From the NCBI GenBank assembly GCA_965205605.1, contig CBDBHE010000006.1, forward strand, positions 128,001-192,000: a stretch of 64,000 bases of DNA, in the 5' to 3' direction. The translations under genes and the position numbers were made by a program. Below, piece by piece: positions 20,054-29,377 of the stretch. The notes beneath the pieces were generated by a model that was given only the letters and a program-made list of their open reading frames with translations, made no database searches and was not told the origin of the DNA. The first letter of the stretch is position 1. Each line of letters begins with the position of its first letter. The DNA comes from Spirochaetota bacterium. GTDB lineage: Bacteria; Spirochaetota; UBA12135; COTS27; CBDBHE01.

Positions 20054-20164
20054 TTTTAAAATCTAACCAACGTTATTTTAGGCACAATTTTACAATTAAC
20101 CATTTTTTTTTACAAACTTAGCAATAAAAATAGTAAACTCTTATTTAATAAAATAAGAGTTTAC

Positions 20165-22153
20165 ATGCACTTCTATATTAACAAAGAACTATCTCCCAAA
20201 GGAGATCAAAGAAAAGTAATTGATTCTATTTCCAAGGGGGTTAAGAAAGATCTAGATTTTCAAACGATTGTTGGTGCAACGGGTACTGGGAAAACATATG
20301 TGATGGCAAAAATTATTGAAGCAACCAATAAACCAGCTTTAATTTTAGCTCATAATAAAACATTGGCTGCTCAATTATTTCGAGAGTTTAAATATTTTTT
20401 TCCTCAAAATCATGTAGAATATTTTGTTTCTTATTATGACTATTATCAACCAGAAGCTTATGTAGCTAAAAGAGATTTGTATATTGAAAAAGATGCTTCG
20501 ATTAATGAGGAAATTGATCGAATGCGTCTTAGAGCGACGGCATCTTTAATTGAAAAAAGAGATGTGGTTATTGTAAGTTCGGTTTCTTGTATTTATGGTT
20601 TAGGTTCGCCAGATCATTATAAAAATATGTATGTTTCTCTTCAGGTAGGTTCGCTTATGAATCGAAAAACCATTATGGAAAGGCTTGTTAACATTCAATA
20701 TCAAAGAAATGACAATGTTTTTTCACGTGGGACTTTTAGAGTGAGAGGGGATGTACTTGACATTCATTTAGCGTATCGAGATATGGGGGTAAGAGTTGAG
20801 CTTTTTGGAGATGAAATCGAACGCATTACACTAATTGATGTTTTAAGCAACCAAGCCATCGAATCAAAAAAATTCTTTATGATTTTTCCAGCTAAGCATT
20901 TTGTTATGCCAGAAGAAAAAATGGGAAAAGCTTTAGATGAAATTACTAAAGAATTAGAAGAGCAGGCTCGCTATTTTCAAGGTCAAAATAAAATTTTAGA
21001 AAAAGAACGTTTAGAAAGTCGGACAAAATATGATCTTGAACTTATGAGAACAGTTGGTCATTGCCCTGGTGTTGAAAATTATTCTAGGCATCTTTCGGGA
21101 AGAAAGGAAGGAGAAGCTCCAGATACTTTGTTGGATTATTTTTTAGATGATTTTATTACTTTTATTGATGAAAGTCATGTCACACTTCCACAGCTTAGAG
21201 GGATGTTTAATGGTGATAGAAAAAGAAAAGAATCTTTAGTTAATTATGGGTTTAGGCTGCCTTCTGCTTTAGATAATAGACCTCTTTATTTAGAAGAGTT
21301 TATACAAAAAAAAACAGGATCGATTGTTTTTGTTTCAGCAACACCCCAAGAATACGAAAAGAAAATGTCTGTTAATACAGCTTCTTTAATTAATCGCCCA
21401 ACAGGGCTTTTAGATCCTGTGATTACAATTAAACCTTCTGAAGGGCAAATTGATGATCTTTTTATGGAAATTAAACAAGCCATTAGTCAAAATAATCGTG
21501 TTTTAATTACAACGTTAACTAAAAAAATGGCAGAAGATTTGACCCTTTTTTTAAAAGAACATCAAATTAAAGTGAATTATTTACATTCAGATATAGAGAC
21601 GATTGAAAGAGTTGAAATTATTAAAAGTTTAAGGGAAGGAAGCATTGATGTTTTAGTGGGAATTAATCTTTTAAGAGAAGGACTCGATCTTCCAGAAGTA
21701 AGTGTGGTGGCTATTTTAGATGCAGATAAGATTGGGTTTTTGCGTTCGAAAACTTCTTTGATTCAAACTATTGGAAGAGCAGCAAGGAATATAGATGGAA
21801 AAGCAATTATGTATGCAGATAAGATTTCAGATGCAATGAAAGAGTGTATTGAAGAAACAAAGAAAAGAAGAGAAATCCAAATGGAGTTTAATCAAAAAAA
21901 TAACATTACTCCTAAAAGTATTACCAAGAAAATTTCTGATATTTTAGTCCGTGAAAATAAAAAAGAAACAGAAAATGATTTGGAAAAAAGAAATGGCCAA
22001 ATTAGTCTTAAAGTAAAAAATAAAAAAGAAGCTCAAGCTTTATTAAAAAAGCTTGATTTTGATATGAGACTGGCAGGAGATCATTTAGATTTTGAAAAAG
22101 CCATTGAGCTAAGAGAAGCCATTAAAAAGCTTAAACTAAAAATGTCTCTTTGA
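20165..22153 (+). CDS. uvrB: Excinuclease ABC subunit B
   Basis: GATGTGKT, HNKTLAAQL, YYDYYQPEAY, DESH, LREGLD, GRAARN, C-terminal UVR domain. Confidence 0.97.
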   Translation: MHFYINKELSPKGDQRKVIDSISKGVKKDLDFQTIVGATGTGKTYVMAKIIEATNKPALILAHNKTLAAQLFREFKYFFPQNHVEYFVSYYDYYQPEAYVAKRDLYIEKDASINEEIDRMRLRATASLIEKRDVVIVSSVSCIYGLGSPDHYKNMYVSLQVGSLMNRKTIMERLVNIQYQRNDNVFSRGTFRVRGDVLDIHLAYRDMGVRVELFGDEIERITLIDVLSNQAIESKKFFMIFPAKHFVMPEEKMGKALDEITKELEEQARYFQGQNKILEKERLESRTKYDLELMRTVGHCPGVENYSRHLSGRKEGEAPDTLLDYFLDDFITFIDESHVTLPQLRGMFNGDRKRKESLVNYGFRLPSALDNRPLYLEEFIQKKTGSIVFVSATPQEYEKKMSVNTASLINRPTGLLDPVITIKPSEGQIDDLFMEIKQAISQNNRVLITTLTKKMAEDLTLFLKEHQIKVNYLHSDIETIERVEIIKSLREGSIDVLVGINLLREGLDLPEVSVVAILDADKIGFLRSKTSLIQTIGRAARNIDGKAIMYADKISDAMKECIEETKKRREIQMEFNQKNNITPKSITKKISDILVRENKKETENDLEKRNGQISLKVKNKKEAQALLKKLDFDMRLAGDHLDFEKAIELREAIKKLKLKMSL

Positions 22154-22174
22154 AAAAGAGAAGGGTAAAATTTT

Positions 22175-23014
22175 TTAGTATTTTAAAGGATATTGGTGTT
22201 CTTTAGCGATTTTCTTAAGCTTTGAAATAATATTTTTTTTATTATTAGTGCTCCAATCATATTTAATATTGGTATCAAGACCGATAAATTTTTTGACTTG
22301 TTTTGGACCATGTTTTTGGACAAAATCAAGAACCCCGTTGTAAGGTTTATTTCTAAAGTCAGCACTAAACCAAGAAAAAAGCTGAGTAGCACTTATTTTT
22401 TTAGCTCCTTTAAGAAAAGTTTTGTTTTCAATTCTTATGTTTAAAGGACTTTTTAAGGCATTTTGAGCAAGAGCATTCATTTGTTTATTATAGCTTGCAG
22501 CTTTTATCAGCTCTTTACTAATAGAAGGACACCCTACAGAGGCACAATTGATAGCAAAATGAATACGGGGGTCTTTTAAAGGACGAATAATTTTGTGTTC
22601 TATTTGATCTAAGCTATATTTTTTTCCATTAACTTTGAATTTTTTCTTTTTCCAACCAATTTTTTTCATACTTTTTACGGGGTAATTTTTATCCATATCA
22701 ACTAAAGTAAAAAAATTATATGCATTAATCCAAAAAGCAAGTGCTTGGATTCTCTTCTTTGGAGGGGAAATTGATTTAAGCTTTAATGTTTGATGTTTTA
22801 ATAATTCTTGGATTTCTTTGTTTTGATTCATCAATTTGTAATCTACAGCATTTTGTTCAAAAGTCCCAAAAAGACTTTCGAATTTTAAAGGGATAACAAC
22901 TTGTTTTAATATAAGAGCATAATTTTCCCATACTTCTTGCCCAAAACCTTTTTTTTGAGGAATAAAAATTAAACAAGTAAAAAAAGATAAAGAAAATAAA
23001 ATTCGTTTTAACAC
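22175..23014 (-). CDS. DUF547 domain exported protein
   Basis: Signal peptide; AFWINAYN, SLDQIEH, DPRIHFAINCASVGCP, YDWS. Confidence 0.85.
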   Translation of the reverse strand: MLKRILFSLSFFTCLIFIPQKKGFGQEVWENYALILKQVVIPLKFESLFGTFEQNAVDYKLMNQNKEIQELLKHQTLKLKSISPPKKRIQALAFWINAYNFFTLVDMDKNYPVKSMKKIGWKKKKFKVNGKKYSLDQIEHKIIRPLKDPRIHFAINCASVGCPSISKELIKAASYNKQMNALAQNALKSPLNIRIENKTFLKGAKKISATQLFSWFSADFRNKPYNGVLDFVQKHGPKQVKKFIGLDTNIKYDWSTNNKKNIISKLKKIAKEHQYPLKY

Positions 23015-23055
23015 TTTTTAAATGATATTCTTTTTTTTTAATTTTTTCAATCAAT

Positions 23056-24045
23056 TTATTTTAATTTTTTTAAAGTTAGGTTGGAAATAAAAGTAGCTTT
23101 AATTTGATCCATACAATTTTTTTTACAATAGCGATTGTAACAAGAAGAACAATTTTTTGCTTTAACGATTTGATAATGTTGCCCAATAGGACCAACACGT
23201 GATTCTAGAGTAGGGCCAAAAAGTACGAGAAGTTTTTTTTGTAAAGCACAAGCTAGATGAGCTGGAAAACTATCACAAGAAATAATTAAGTCTGATTGTT
23301 GCATTAAAGCAGAGAATTGTTCTAAAGTCAGCTTGCCAACTAAATTGATGCATTGATTGTTTTTGATGTTGTTTAAAATTGTTTTGGTTGCCTGTAGATC
23401 TTTTGAAGCTCCTGAGATGACGACAGTCACTTTTTTGTGAACTAAAGAAATAAAATGCTTGATTTGTACGAGACTCCAGTTTTTTGAAGGCCATTGGGTA
23501 AAAGGAGCTAAAAGAATAACTTTTTTTTTTGAGGTTGTTTTTATGAGTTGTTTGACCTCTTTTAAAGAGGCTAAATCATGGAAATATTCCATATTGATTT
23601 CTTTAGAAGCAATGCCTACTTTCATAATGAGCCTTTTCATCTCTTCGATGGCATGGAGATGTTTATTACGATAATGTGGGGTAAAAAAATAATGAGTTTT
23701 CCCTATTTTAATTTTTGATTTAGAAAAATAAAGAAAAAGAAGGCTCCTTAAAAGCCCTTGTAAATCAATGGCTAGATCAAAATAATCGGCTCTTACTTTT
23801 TTGAGAATAGAAAAAAAATGACGTAAGACTTTAAAAGGGTGAGAGGGAAAATTTTTTTTGGCATAAAACAGATCAATTAAAATAAATTCATCAATTAGAG
23901 GATTATTTTTTAAGATAGGAAAGCTATTTTTATCGGTTAAAAAAGTAATGATCGCTTTAGGGTATTGATTTTTAATCAGTCTTAAAGGCACAGTGGAATG
24001 TAAAACATCACCAAGAGAACTTTGCTTAATAATAAGAATTTTCAT
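23056..24045 (-). CDS. Glycosyltransferase family 9 (LPS heptosyltransferase-like)
   Basis: SSLGDV, DLQGLLRS, KNWS, DSFPAHLA, LFGPT. Confidence 0.9.
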   Translation of the reverse strand: MKILIIKQSSLGDVLHSTVPLRLIKNQYPKAIITFLTDKNSFPILKNNPLIDEFILIDLFYAKKNFPSHPFKVLRHFFSILKKVRADYFDLAIDLQGLLRSLLFLYFSKSKIKIGKTHYFFTPHYRNKHLHAIEEMKRLIMKVGIASKEINMEYFHDLASLKEVKQLIKTTSKKKVILLAPFTQWPSKNWSLVQIKHFISLVHKKVTVVISGASKDLQATKTILNNIKNNQCINLVGKLTLEQFSALMQQSDLIISCDSFPAHLACALQKKLLVLFGPTLESRVGPIGQHYQIVKAKNCSSCYNRYCKKNCMDQIKATFISNLTLKKLK

Positions 24046-24047
24046 TT

Positions 24048-24707
24048 TTAAATCATTTTTTTCAAATAAATGATGACTTGTTTTATTAGCTTTTCTTTTG
24101 ATTGATTTGCATTTAAGACTTGAATATGGCGAGCATCTTTTTGACGCAAAAACTCAATAGACTTTAAATATCTTTTAGAAATTTCTTTTAAAGAAGCTAG
24201 ATTATCAAAGACTTCTTTTGGGTGGCTTCTTTGTTTGATTCTTTTATAGGCTTGTTCAGGATTAATTTTCAAAAAAAAAGTGACATTAGGAATGTGGGTG
24301 CCTTTTTTAGAAAAATAACGATGCTTTTTATAAATTTTTTCAAAAAAATCTTCTTGTAGCCCTTGATAAGCATATGTCGATAAGTCATACCTAGAGCATA
24401 AAACAATGCCGTTTCTTTTAAGGAACGTTTTTATAAAAAGAGAATGTCGAATGCGATCATTGATATAGTCGTTAATTCTTTTCTTTTTTTGATTTTTTTT
24501 AAGAGGTTTTGAATTTAAAAAGTGAATTAGTTTTTTACCAGAGTTTGTTTGGAAGGTAGGTTCTCGAGTTTTAAGGATTTCTTGATATTTGCTGATTAAA
24601 AGAGGAAGTTTTTCAGAGAAAAAAAGAGGAAAGAGTTCATTAATTAAGGTGTCTTTTCCACAAGCGTCAATTCCTTCAAAAACAATTAAGAATCCTTTTT
24701 GTTTCAT
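24048..24707 (-). CDS. tmk: Thymidylate kinase
   Basis: FEGIDACGKDT P-loop, TREP, SRY (for DRY), STYAYQG. Confidence 0.85.
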   Translation of the reverse strand: MKQKGFLIVFEGIDACGKDTLINELFPLFFSEKLPLLISKYQEILKTREPTFQTNSGKKLIHFLNSKPLKKNQKKKRINDYINDRIRHSLFIKTFLKRNGIVLCSRYDLSTYAYQGLQEDFFEKIYKKHRYFSKKGTHIPNVTFFLKINPEQAYKRIKQRSHPKEVFDNLASLKEISKRYLKSIEFLRQKDARHIQVLNANQSKEKLIKQVIIYLKKMI

Positions 24708-24728
24708 TTTTTAATAAAAAAAATCTTT

Positions 24729-25880
24729 TTATTTTTTTATTGAAAAAAAAGAAGTGATTTCATTAATAAGACTTTTGTTTTTTTCTTCATTAAATTTTGA
24801 AGTATTGTCATAAACCCAAAGATGACCAAAGAGATCTTGTTTCAAAATATTTTGAATTGCTTCTTTTTTTTCTTGATTATTTCCTGAAAGTAAGATACGT
24901 TTTTTAGCCACACTTTGTTTTAAGTGATCTCGTTTTTCAAGTCGTTTCAATTGTTGTTGTTCATCAATAGTAATTAGTAAAACTTGATTGTGAGTGATGT
25001 GCAACAACTTGTATTCACCAATCATAGCAGCATTGATAAAGATAAGCCCTTTTTTATTTTTGAGAGCTTTTCTTAGCCTTGTCATTAACGCTTGTCTTAA
25101 TGTTTTTTGAAGAAAACAAAGAGCTTCTTTTGATTGATTTGTTTCAAAAACAGTTTTTCTAAGAGAAGAAAGATCAATGCCTTTACTAGAAGAGTCAATG
25201 ACTTGCTTACCAAAATATTCTTTTATTTTTTGAGTAATGGATGGATATTCGCCTTTTTGAGTCGCTTGATAGATATTTTTGACTTCTAAGTCCATATCGA
25301 TTTCGTGAGATTCGATAGATTCTTTTTTTAATAAATTGATCATTTGTTTACAAATAAATGATTTTCCACTAGCGATTGTTCCAGTGACAGCGATTAAAAA
25401 TTGCTGCTTTAGCTTTTGTTGTAAAGCTTTACTGACAACTAAAGGGACATAATCTTTAATGTTTCCATTATCAATAGCGATTGCTTTTGCCATTGAAGAA
25501 GTTATTTGAGAATATTTTTCATCAGCGAGAAGGTAAATCGTTTCTAAATTTTTCCACTGAGATTCATTAGCTTTTAAAAGTTTTTGTTCATAATCTAAAT
25601 CATTGGGATTTCTAATCCCTCTAAATTGAATCGCAATCCCTTTTTTATAAGCAAAATCAACAAGTAGTTCATCGGATGTTTCGATGGTAATTTTATCAAA
25701 ATGTTTGAGGCTTTTTTTTACTAAACTTAATCTTTCGTCTTCTGAAAAAAGATACTGTTTTTCTGGGTTACTAAAAATCACAACCCAAAGTTTTTCAGTT
25801 AAAAAACTAGCTCTTTTAATTAAATTAAGATGCCCCAAAGTAATTGGGTCTGCTGAAAATCCATAAATACCTTGCTTCAT
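24729..25880 (-). CDS. coaD: Fused pantetheine-phosphate adenylyltransferase (CoaD) and dephospho-CoA kinase (CoaE)
   Basis: N-half SADPITLGH, NPEK, RGIR, ITSS; C-half IAVTGTIASGKS, IDMD, LRKTVF, RLEKRD; one continuous ORF. Confidence 0.85.
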   Translation of the reverse strand: MKQGIYGFSADPITLGHLNLIKRASFLTEKLWVVIFSNPEKQYLFSEDERLSLVKKSLKHFDKITIETSDELLVDFAYKKGIAIQFRGIRNPNDLDYEQKLLKANESQWKNLETIYLLADEKYSQITSSMAKAIAIDNGNIKDYVPLVVSKALQQKLKQQFLIAVTGTIASGKSFICKQMINLLKKESIESHEIDMDLEVKNIYQATQKGEYPSITQKIKEYFGKQVIDSSSKGIDLSSLRKTVFETNQSKEALCFLQKTLRQALMTRLRKALKNKKGLIFINAAMIGEYKLLHITHNQVLLITIDEQQQLKRLEKRDHLKQSVAKKRILLSGNNQEKKEAIQNILKQDLFGHLWVYDNTSKFNEEKNKSLINEITSFFSIKK

Positions 25881-25885
25881 TTTAT

Positions 25886-26893
25886 CTAAGGGTAATAAAC
25901 AATAACCCCACCTCCTTGTTTTTTGGCATTATCAAGTGCGATATTAGCTCTTGTACACATTTCTTTATATTCAAATGTATTTTTGTTATAATTAATAGAA
26001 GAAGATGTTCCTATTGAAATTTTTACTTCAATTTTGATTTCTTCTTTAAAAAAAAATAGTTTTTCCTCAATTTTTTTTTTGAAACGAGCCACTGTAATAG
26101 TAATATTTTTAGGATCGGTTCTTTTATAAAAAACCCAAAAGATTTTATTCTTATTATCAAAAGAAGCAACATCGTTAACTCTAATTAATTTTTTTACTAT
26201 ATTGACTAATTGAAGAACAATAAAATTTTCGCCTTCTTTTTGATGCTTGTCTTGAATGTCTTTTAGGTTATCAATACTAAAATAAATAAGAGAACAATTA
26301 TCCTTATATCTAAAGGCTTCTTCTAAGTAGATTTTAGCAGTGATATGAAAATTGTTTTGAGTAGGAAGCTGAGTAAATGTATCAAAGAGGTTAGTTGCTT
26401 GAATATGTTGGTTTAAGATTTCAATTTCTTCTTTTTTTTTAGTGACACTTTCTTTTGTTTGTTCAAATTCTTTTCTAAGATTTTTGTATTTTTCTTTACT
26501 TTCGATAGCAATTTTTTTAATCACTCTCATGTACTGCATATTTTTTATAGTCAGGTAAATCTCTATTTCTAAAAAATAAGAAGTCACTAAAAAATGACTT
26601 ATTTCTAAATCATCAATTATTTTAATATCCTTTAGTGAATAATGTTCAGGTAGAGCAAGAATAATAAAAATATCTTCTTTTAATGCTTTTATGGATTCTA
26701 GCGCATAGCCTTCTTTTATCAATAAAAAATATTCAATGATCGCAAAAGATGGTTTTTCTTTTTTTAAAACTTCTGTAACATTCTTAAAAATAGTCGTAAT
26801 AATATCCTTGGTAAATTTTTTTTCTAGAAAATATTTTAAACCTTTAAATCTAATATTTAATGGATCAATATAAAGAATGATGTCTTTTTTCAT
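25886..26893 (-). CDS. Degenerate REC/coiled-coil/GGDEF-domain protein
   Basis: DTFTQLP, SIDNLK, RVND I-site, KISIG, ALDNAKKQGG; no GG(D/E)EF motif. Confidence 0.7.
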   Translation of the reverse strand: MKKDIILYIDPLNIRFKGLKYFLEKKFTKDIITTIFKNVTEVLKKEKPSFAIIEYFLLIKEGYALESIKALKEDIFIILALPEHYSLKDIKIIDDLEISHFLVTSYFLEIEIYLTIKNMQYMRVIKKIAIESKEKYKNLRKEFEQTKESVTKKKEEIEILNQHIQATNLFDTFTQLPTQNNFHITAKIYLEEAFRYKDNCSLIYFSIDNLKDIQDKHQKEGENFIVLQLVNIVKKLIRVNDVASFDNKNKIFWVFYKRTDPKNITITVARFKKKIEEKLFFFKEEIKIEVKISIGTSSSINYNKNTFEYKEMCTRANIALDNAKKQGGGVIVYYP

Positions 26894-27840
26894 TGAAATA
26901 AGAGTAAGTCGTCTCCAAATTGGTTAAAAAAGAAGGTTTGTTTTTGATCTTTTATTAAGAGATCACTGATTAGAATGTCATTGGATTTTTCTTTTAATGA
27001 AATGGTTAAAAGATAGGGGACAAATAATTCGATTTTTTTTGTGTTTATTTGGTTTAAAAGAGTTTCTTTTAAATTTTTTGGGTTAGTTAAAATAGAGAGA
27101 GTTAATTGAAATGATTCATTTTTTAGAAGCTTGGTTTTTAAGCTAGCTTGATTTTCTGATGTAAGAGAGGTTTTCACTTGTTTAAAGTAAGCTTTTGTGT
27201 TGTTGTAAAGCGTTTTGTTTTCTTCATTAATCGAGCCAAAAGAGACTGTTTTTATGAGGGTTGTTTTTAAATAATCTTTATAAAATTCAATCTTAAACTG
27301 AACCCAAGAAGGGTTTTTTAAATAAAAAGATTTTTCATGGGTATTTGAGTCAATAAAGGCAACCTCTAAAGTAATATTAATCGGTTTGACTCCTTTTGAA
27401 ATAAGATAATAGGCGAGCTCTGCTAAGAGTTCATCTTTTGAAAGGTTTTCATTGAGTAAAGAATACGCGTAAATAAGAGTGGCTTCGGCGATTTGATAGT
27501 TTTTTTTGAGAGTGTTTATTTGAGATTCTTTTAAAGGCAGACAAGTAGGGTGGGGGTAGAGTTTTAACTTTTCTTTAAAGAGTATTTTTATTTTTTCATA
27601 AAACTCAAAAGGAATCTGATTTTCAAAAAAAATCTCAGTAATTTTGTTGACATTGATCTTATGGTGGATTTCTTCCTCTAATAAAATTTCAACTTTATCA
27701 AGGGAGATTTTTTTTTTACAACAAGGGGTAATCAGATACAAAAGACCTTGATGTTTAATGATCCAGCTATTGGGTATATGTTTATTGATTAAAAGAGCGA
27801 CAAGGGAAGGAGATTGAATAATAAAAGGTTCAGGAATCAC
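26890..27840 (-). CDS. Hypothetical protein, possibly a highly diverged M24 (Xaa-Pro peptidase-like) fold
   Basis: Directly downstream of aroQ; faint M24 spacing (LKESQI..LKK...IAE, KTTLIKTV.FG, ISDLLI); metal ligands absent. Confidence 0.4.
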   Translation of the reverse strand: MIPEPFIIQSPSLVALLINKHIPNSWIIKHQGLLYLITPCCKKKISLDKVEILLEEEIHHKINVNKITEIFFENQIPFEFYEKIKILFKEKLKLYPHPTCLPLKESQINTLKKNYQIAEATLIYAYSLLNENLSKDELLAELAYYLISKGVKPINITLEVAFIDSNTHEKSFYLKNPSWVQFKIEFYKDYLKTTLIKTVSFGSINEENKTLYNNTKAYFKQVKTSLTSENQASLKTKLLKNESFQLTLSILTNPKNLKETLLNQINTKKIELFVPYLLTISLKEKSNDILISDLLIKDQKQTFFFNQFGDDLLLFQ

Positions 27841-27885
27841 AGAGGGGTACTTTGATTAAAGGATTTTTTTTAAAATACTTTGAAT

Positions 27886-28341
27886 TCAATGGTTATTATT
27901 TTCAATAAAGTAACGTAGAGCCATTTCGTAGCCATAGATTCCAAAGCCTGTTATAGTCCCGATAGCAATAGAGCTTAGATGGCTATGTTGTCGAAAAGAT
28001 TCTCGTTTGTAAATGTTGGTGATGTGAACTTCAATAAAAGGAACTTGAGTGGCAAGAAATGCATCATAAATAGCAATCGAAGTATGGGTATAAGCTCCAG
28101 CATTAATAATGCAACTATTCACATTTTTTTTTTTTTGAACAAAGTCAACGATTTCTCCTTCTGAATTACTTTGAAAAGAAACTAGATCAATTTGATTTTT
28201 TTTGGCAATGATTTTTAATTGGGTTAGTAGCTCTTTTAAGTTTACTTGACCATATTTTTTAACCTCTCTTTCTCCTAGGAGATTAAGGTTAGGGCCATTA
28301 ATTAAGGTGATTTTTTTAAAAGAATCTTTTTTGTTTCCCAT
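27886..28341 (-). CDS. aroQ: Type II 3-dehydroquinate dehydratase
   Basis: INGPNLNLLGERE..YG, FQSNSEG, INAGAYTHTS, IEVHITN, RE.FR. Confidence 0.96.
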   Translation of the reverse strand: MGNKKDSFKKITLINGPNLNLLGEREVKKYGQVNLKELLTQLKIIAKKNQIDLVSFQSNSEGEIVDFVQKKKNVNSCIINAGAYTHTSIAIYDAFLATQVPFIEVHITNIYKRESFRQHSHLSSIAIGTITGFGIYGYEMALRYFIENNNH

Positions 28342-28358
28342 TTATCTTTATATCTTAC

Positions 28359-28712
28359 TTAATAAGGAAAATCTTTTGATAAAAGTTTTGTTATTATATT
28401 TTCATTAAAAAAGAAGTTAAAAAATTTTAATTTGGCTATTTTTTTTTCTTTTATTTTAACATAATGAAAAAAGCTTAAATAAAGGCTTAAAATAAGAATG
28501 AAGTTAATTTCATAACACAAATTAGCAAAATTTTCCATAAAAAAAGGAACAACATAATGAAAATAAAAAAAAGCTTGAGAAAAAATAGTATAACAAAAAA
28601 GGCAAAAACTAATTAAAAAAAAACCGACTACTTCTTTTTCTTTTGGCATAAAAGGGTAGATTAAAAAGTTAAAAATAGGCAAAAAAAGTAAATGATACTT
28701 AATCGGTTTCAT
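28359..28712 (-). CDS. Small hydrophobic hypothetical protein
   Basis: 117 aa ORF filling the gap between tRNA-Ser and aroQ; Phe-rich, could be spurious. Confidence 0.35.
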   Translation of the reverse strand: MKPIKYHLLFLPIFNFLIYPFMPKEKEVVGFFLISFCLFCYTIFSQAFFYFHYVVPFFMENFANLCYEINFILILSLYLSFFHYVKIKEKKIAKLKFFNFFFNENIITKLLSKDFPY

Positions 28713-28729
28713 CAGTAGGTTAAAGAAAT

Positions 28730-28817
28730 CGGAGAGAGAGGGATTCGAACCCTCGGTAGATTGTTCACCTACGACGATTTAGCAAACCGCTCCTTTAGAC
28801 CACTCAGGCATCTCTCC
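28730..28817 (-). tRNA. tRNA-Ser (anticodon GCT), CCA not encoded
   Basis: GGAGAGATGCCTGAGTGGTCTAAAGGAGCGGTTTGCTAAATCGT...GGGTTCGAATCCCTCTCTCTCCG; long variable arm. Confidence 0.95.
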
Positions 28818-28920
28818 TTTTATTAATTAGATTTTCTTCTGAAATATAAAAATTATCAACTTAATATTTTTTTTTATTGATAGATTTCAATTTTGTTTTT
28901 AGGTAAAATTAATTTTTAAT

Positions 28921-28949
28921 TTGACGTTTTTTTTAGAAAAGGATACAAT
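28921..28949 (+). promoter_or_regulatory. Sigma70-type promoter of the VOC gene
   Basis: TTGACG-17 nt-TACAAT, ending 5 nt before the ATG at 28955. Confidence 0.6.
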
Positions 28950-28954
28950 TTTTT

Positions 28955-29359
28955 ATGGTTAAATTAGGCTATATTATTACGTATGTCAGTGATGTTGAAG
29001 TAGCTATTTTATTTTTTGAAAGAGCGTTTGGTTTTAAAAAAAGATTTATGGATGAGTCAAGGACGTACGCAGAGATGGCTACAGGAGAGACAATTATTGG
29101 TTTTGCTAGCCATTCTTTAGGAAAAGACAACCTAGTAGAAGGTTATGTTGATGCGGGCAAGTCAAAGCTACCTTTGGGAATGGAGCTAGGATTAACTTGT
29201 GATGACCTTGAAATGACTCATAAAAAGGCAATTGAATGTGGAGCTGTAGAAATTAGCCCTCCTATAAAAAAGTCTTGGGGACAAATTGTTTCGTATCTTC
29301 GTTGTCCTTCAGGGCTTCTTTTAGAGCTTGGAGACGAAATGCAAACAAGTAAAGTTTAA
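28955..29359 (+). CDS. VOC/glyoxalase family protein
   Basis: YVSDV..A..FFERAFG, YAEM.TG, P..KSWGQ.VSYLR.P.G.LLE. Confidence 0.88.
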   Translation: MVKLGYIITYVSDVEVAILFFERAFGFKKRFMDESRTYAEMATGETIIGFASHSLGKDNLVEGYVDAGKSKLPLGMELGLTCDDLEMTHKKAIECGAVEISPPIKKSWGQIVSYLRCPSGLLLELGDEMQTSKV

Positions 29360-29377
29360 ACAAAAAAATTGGTCAAA

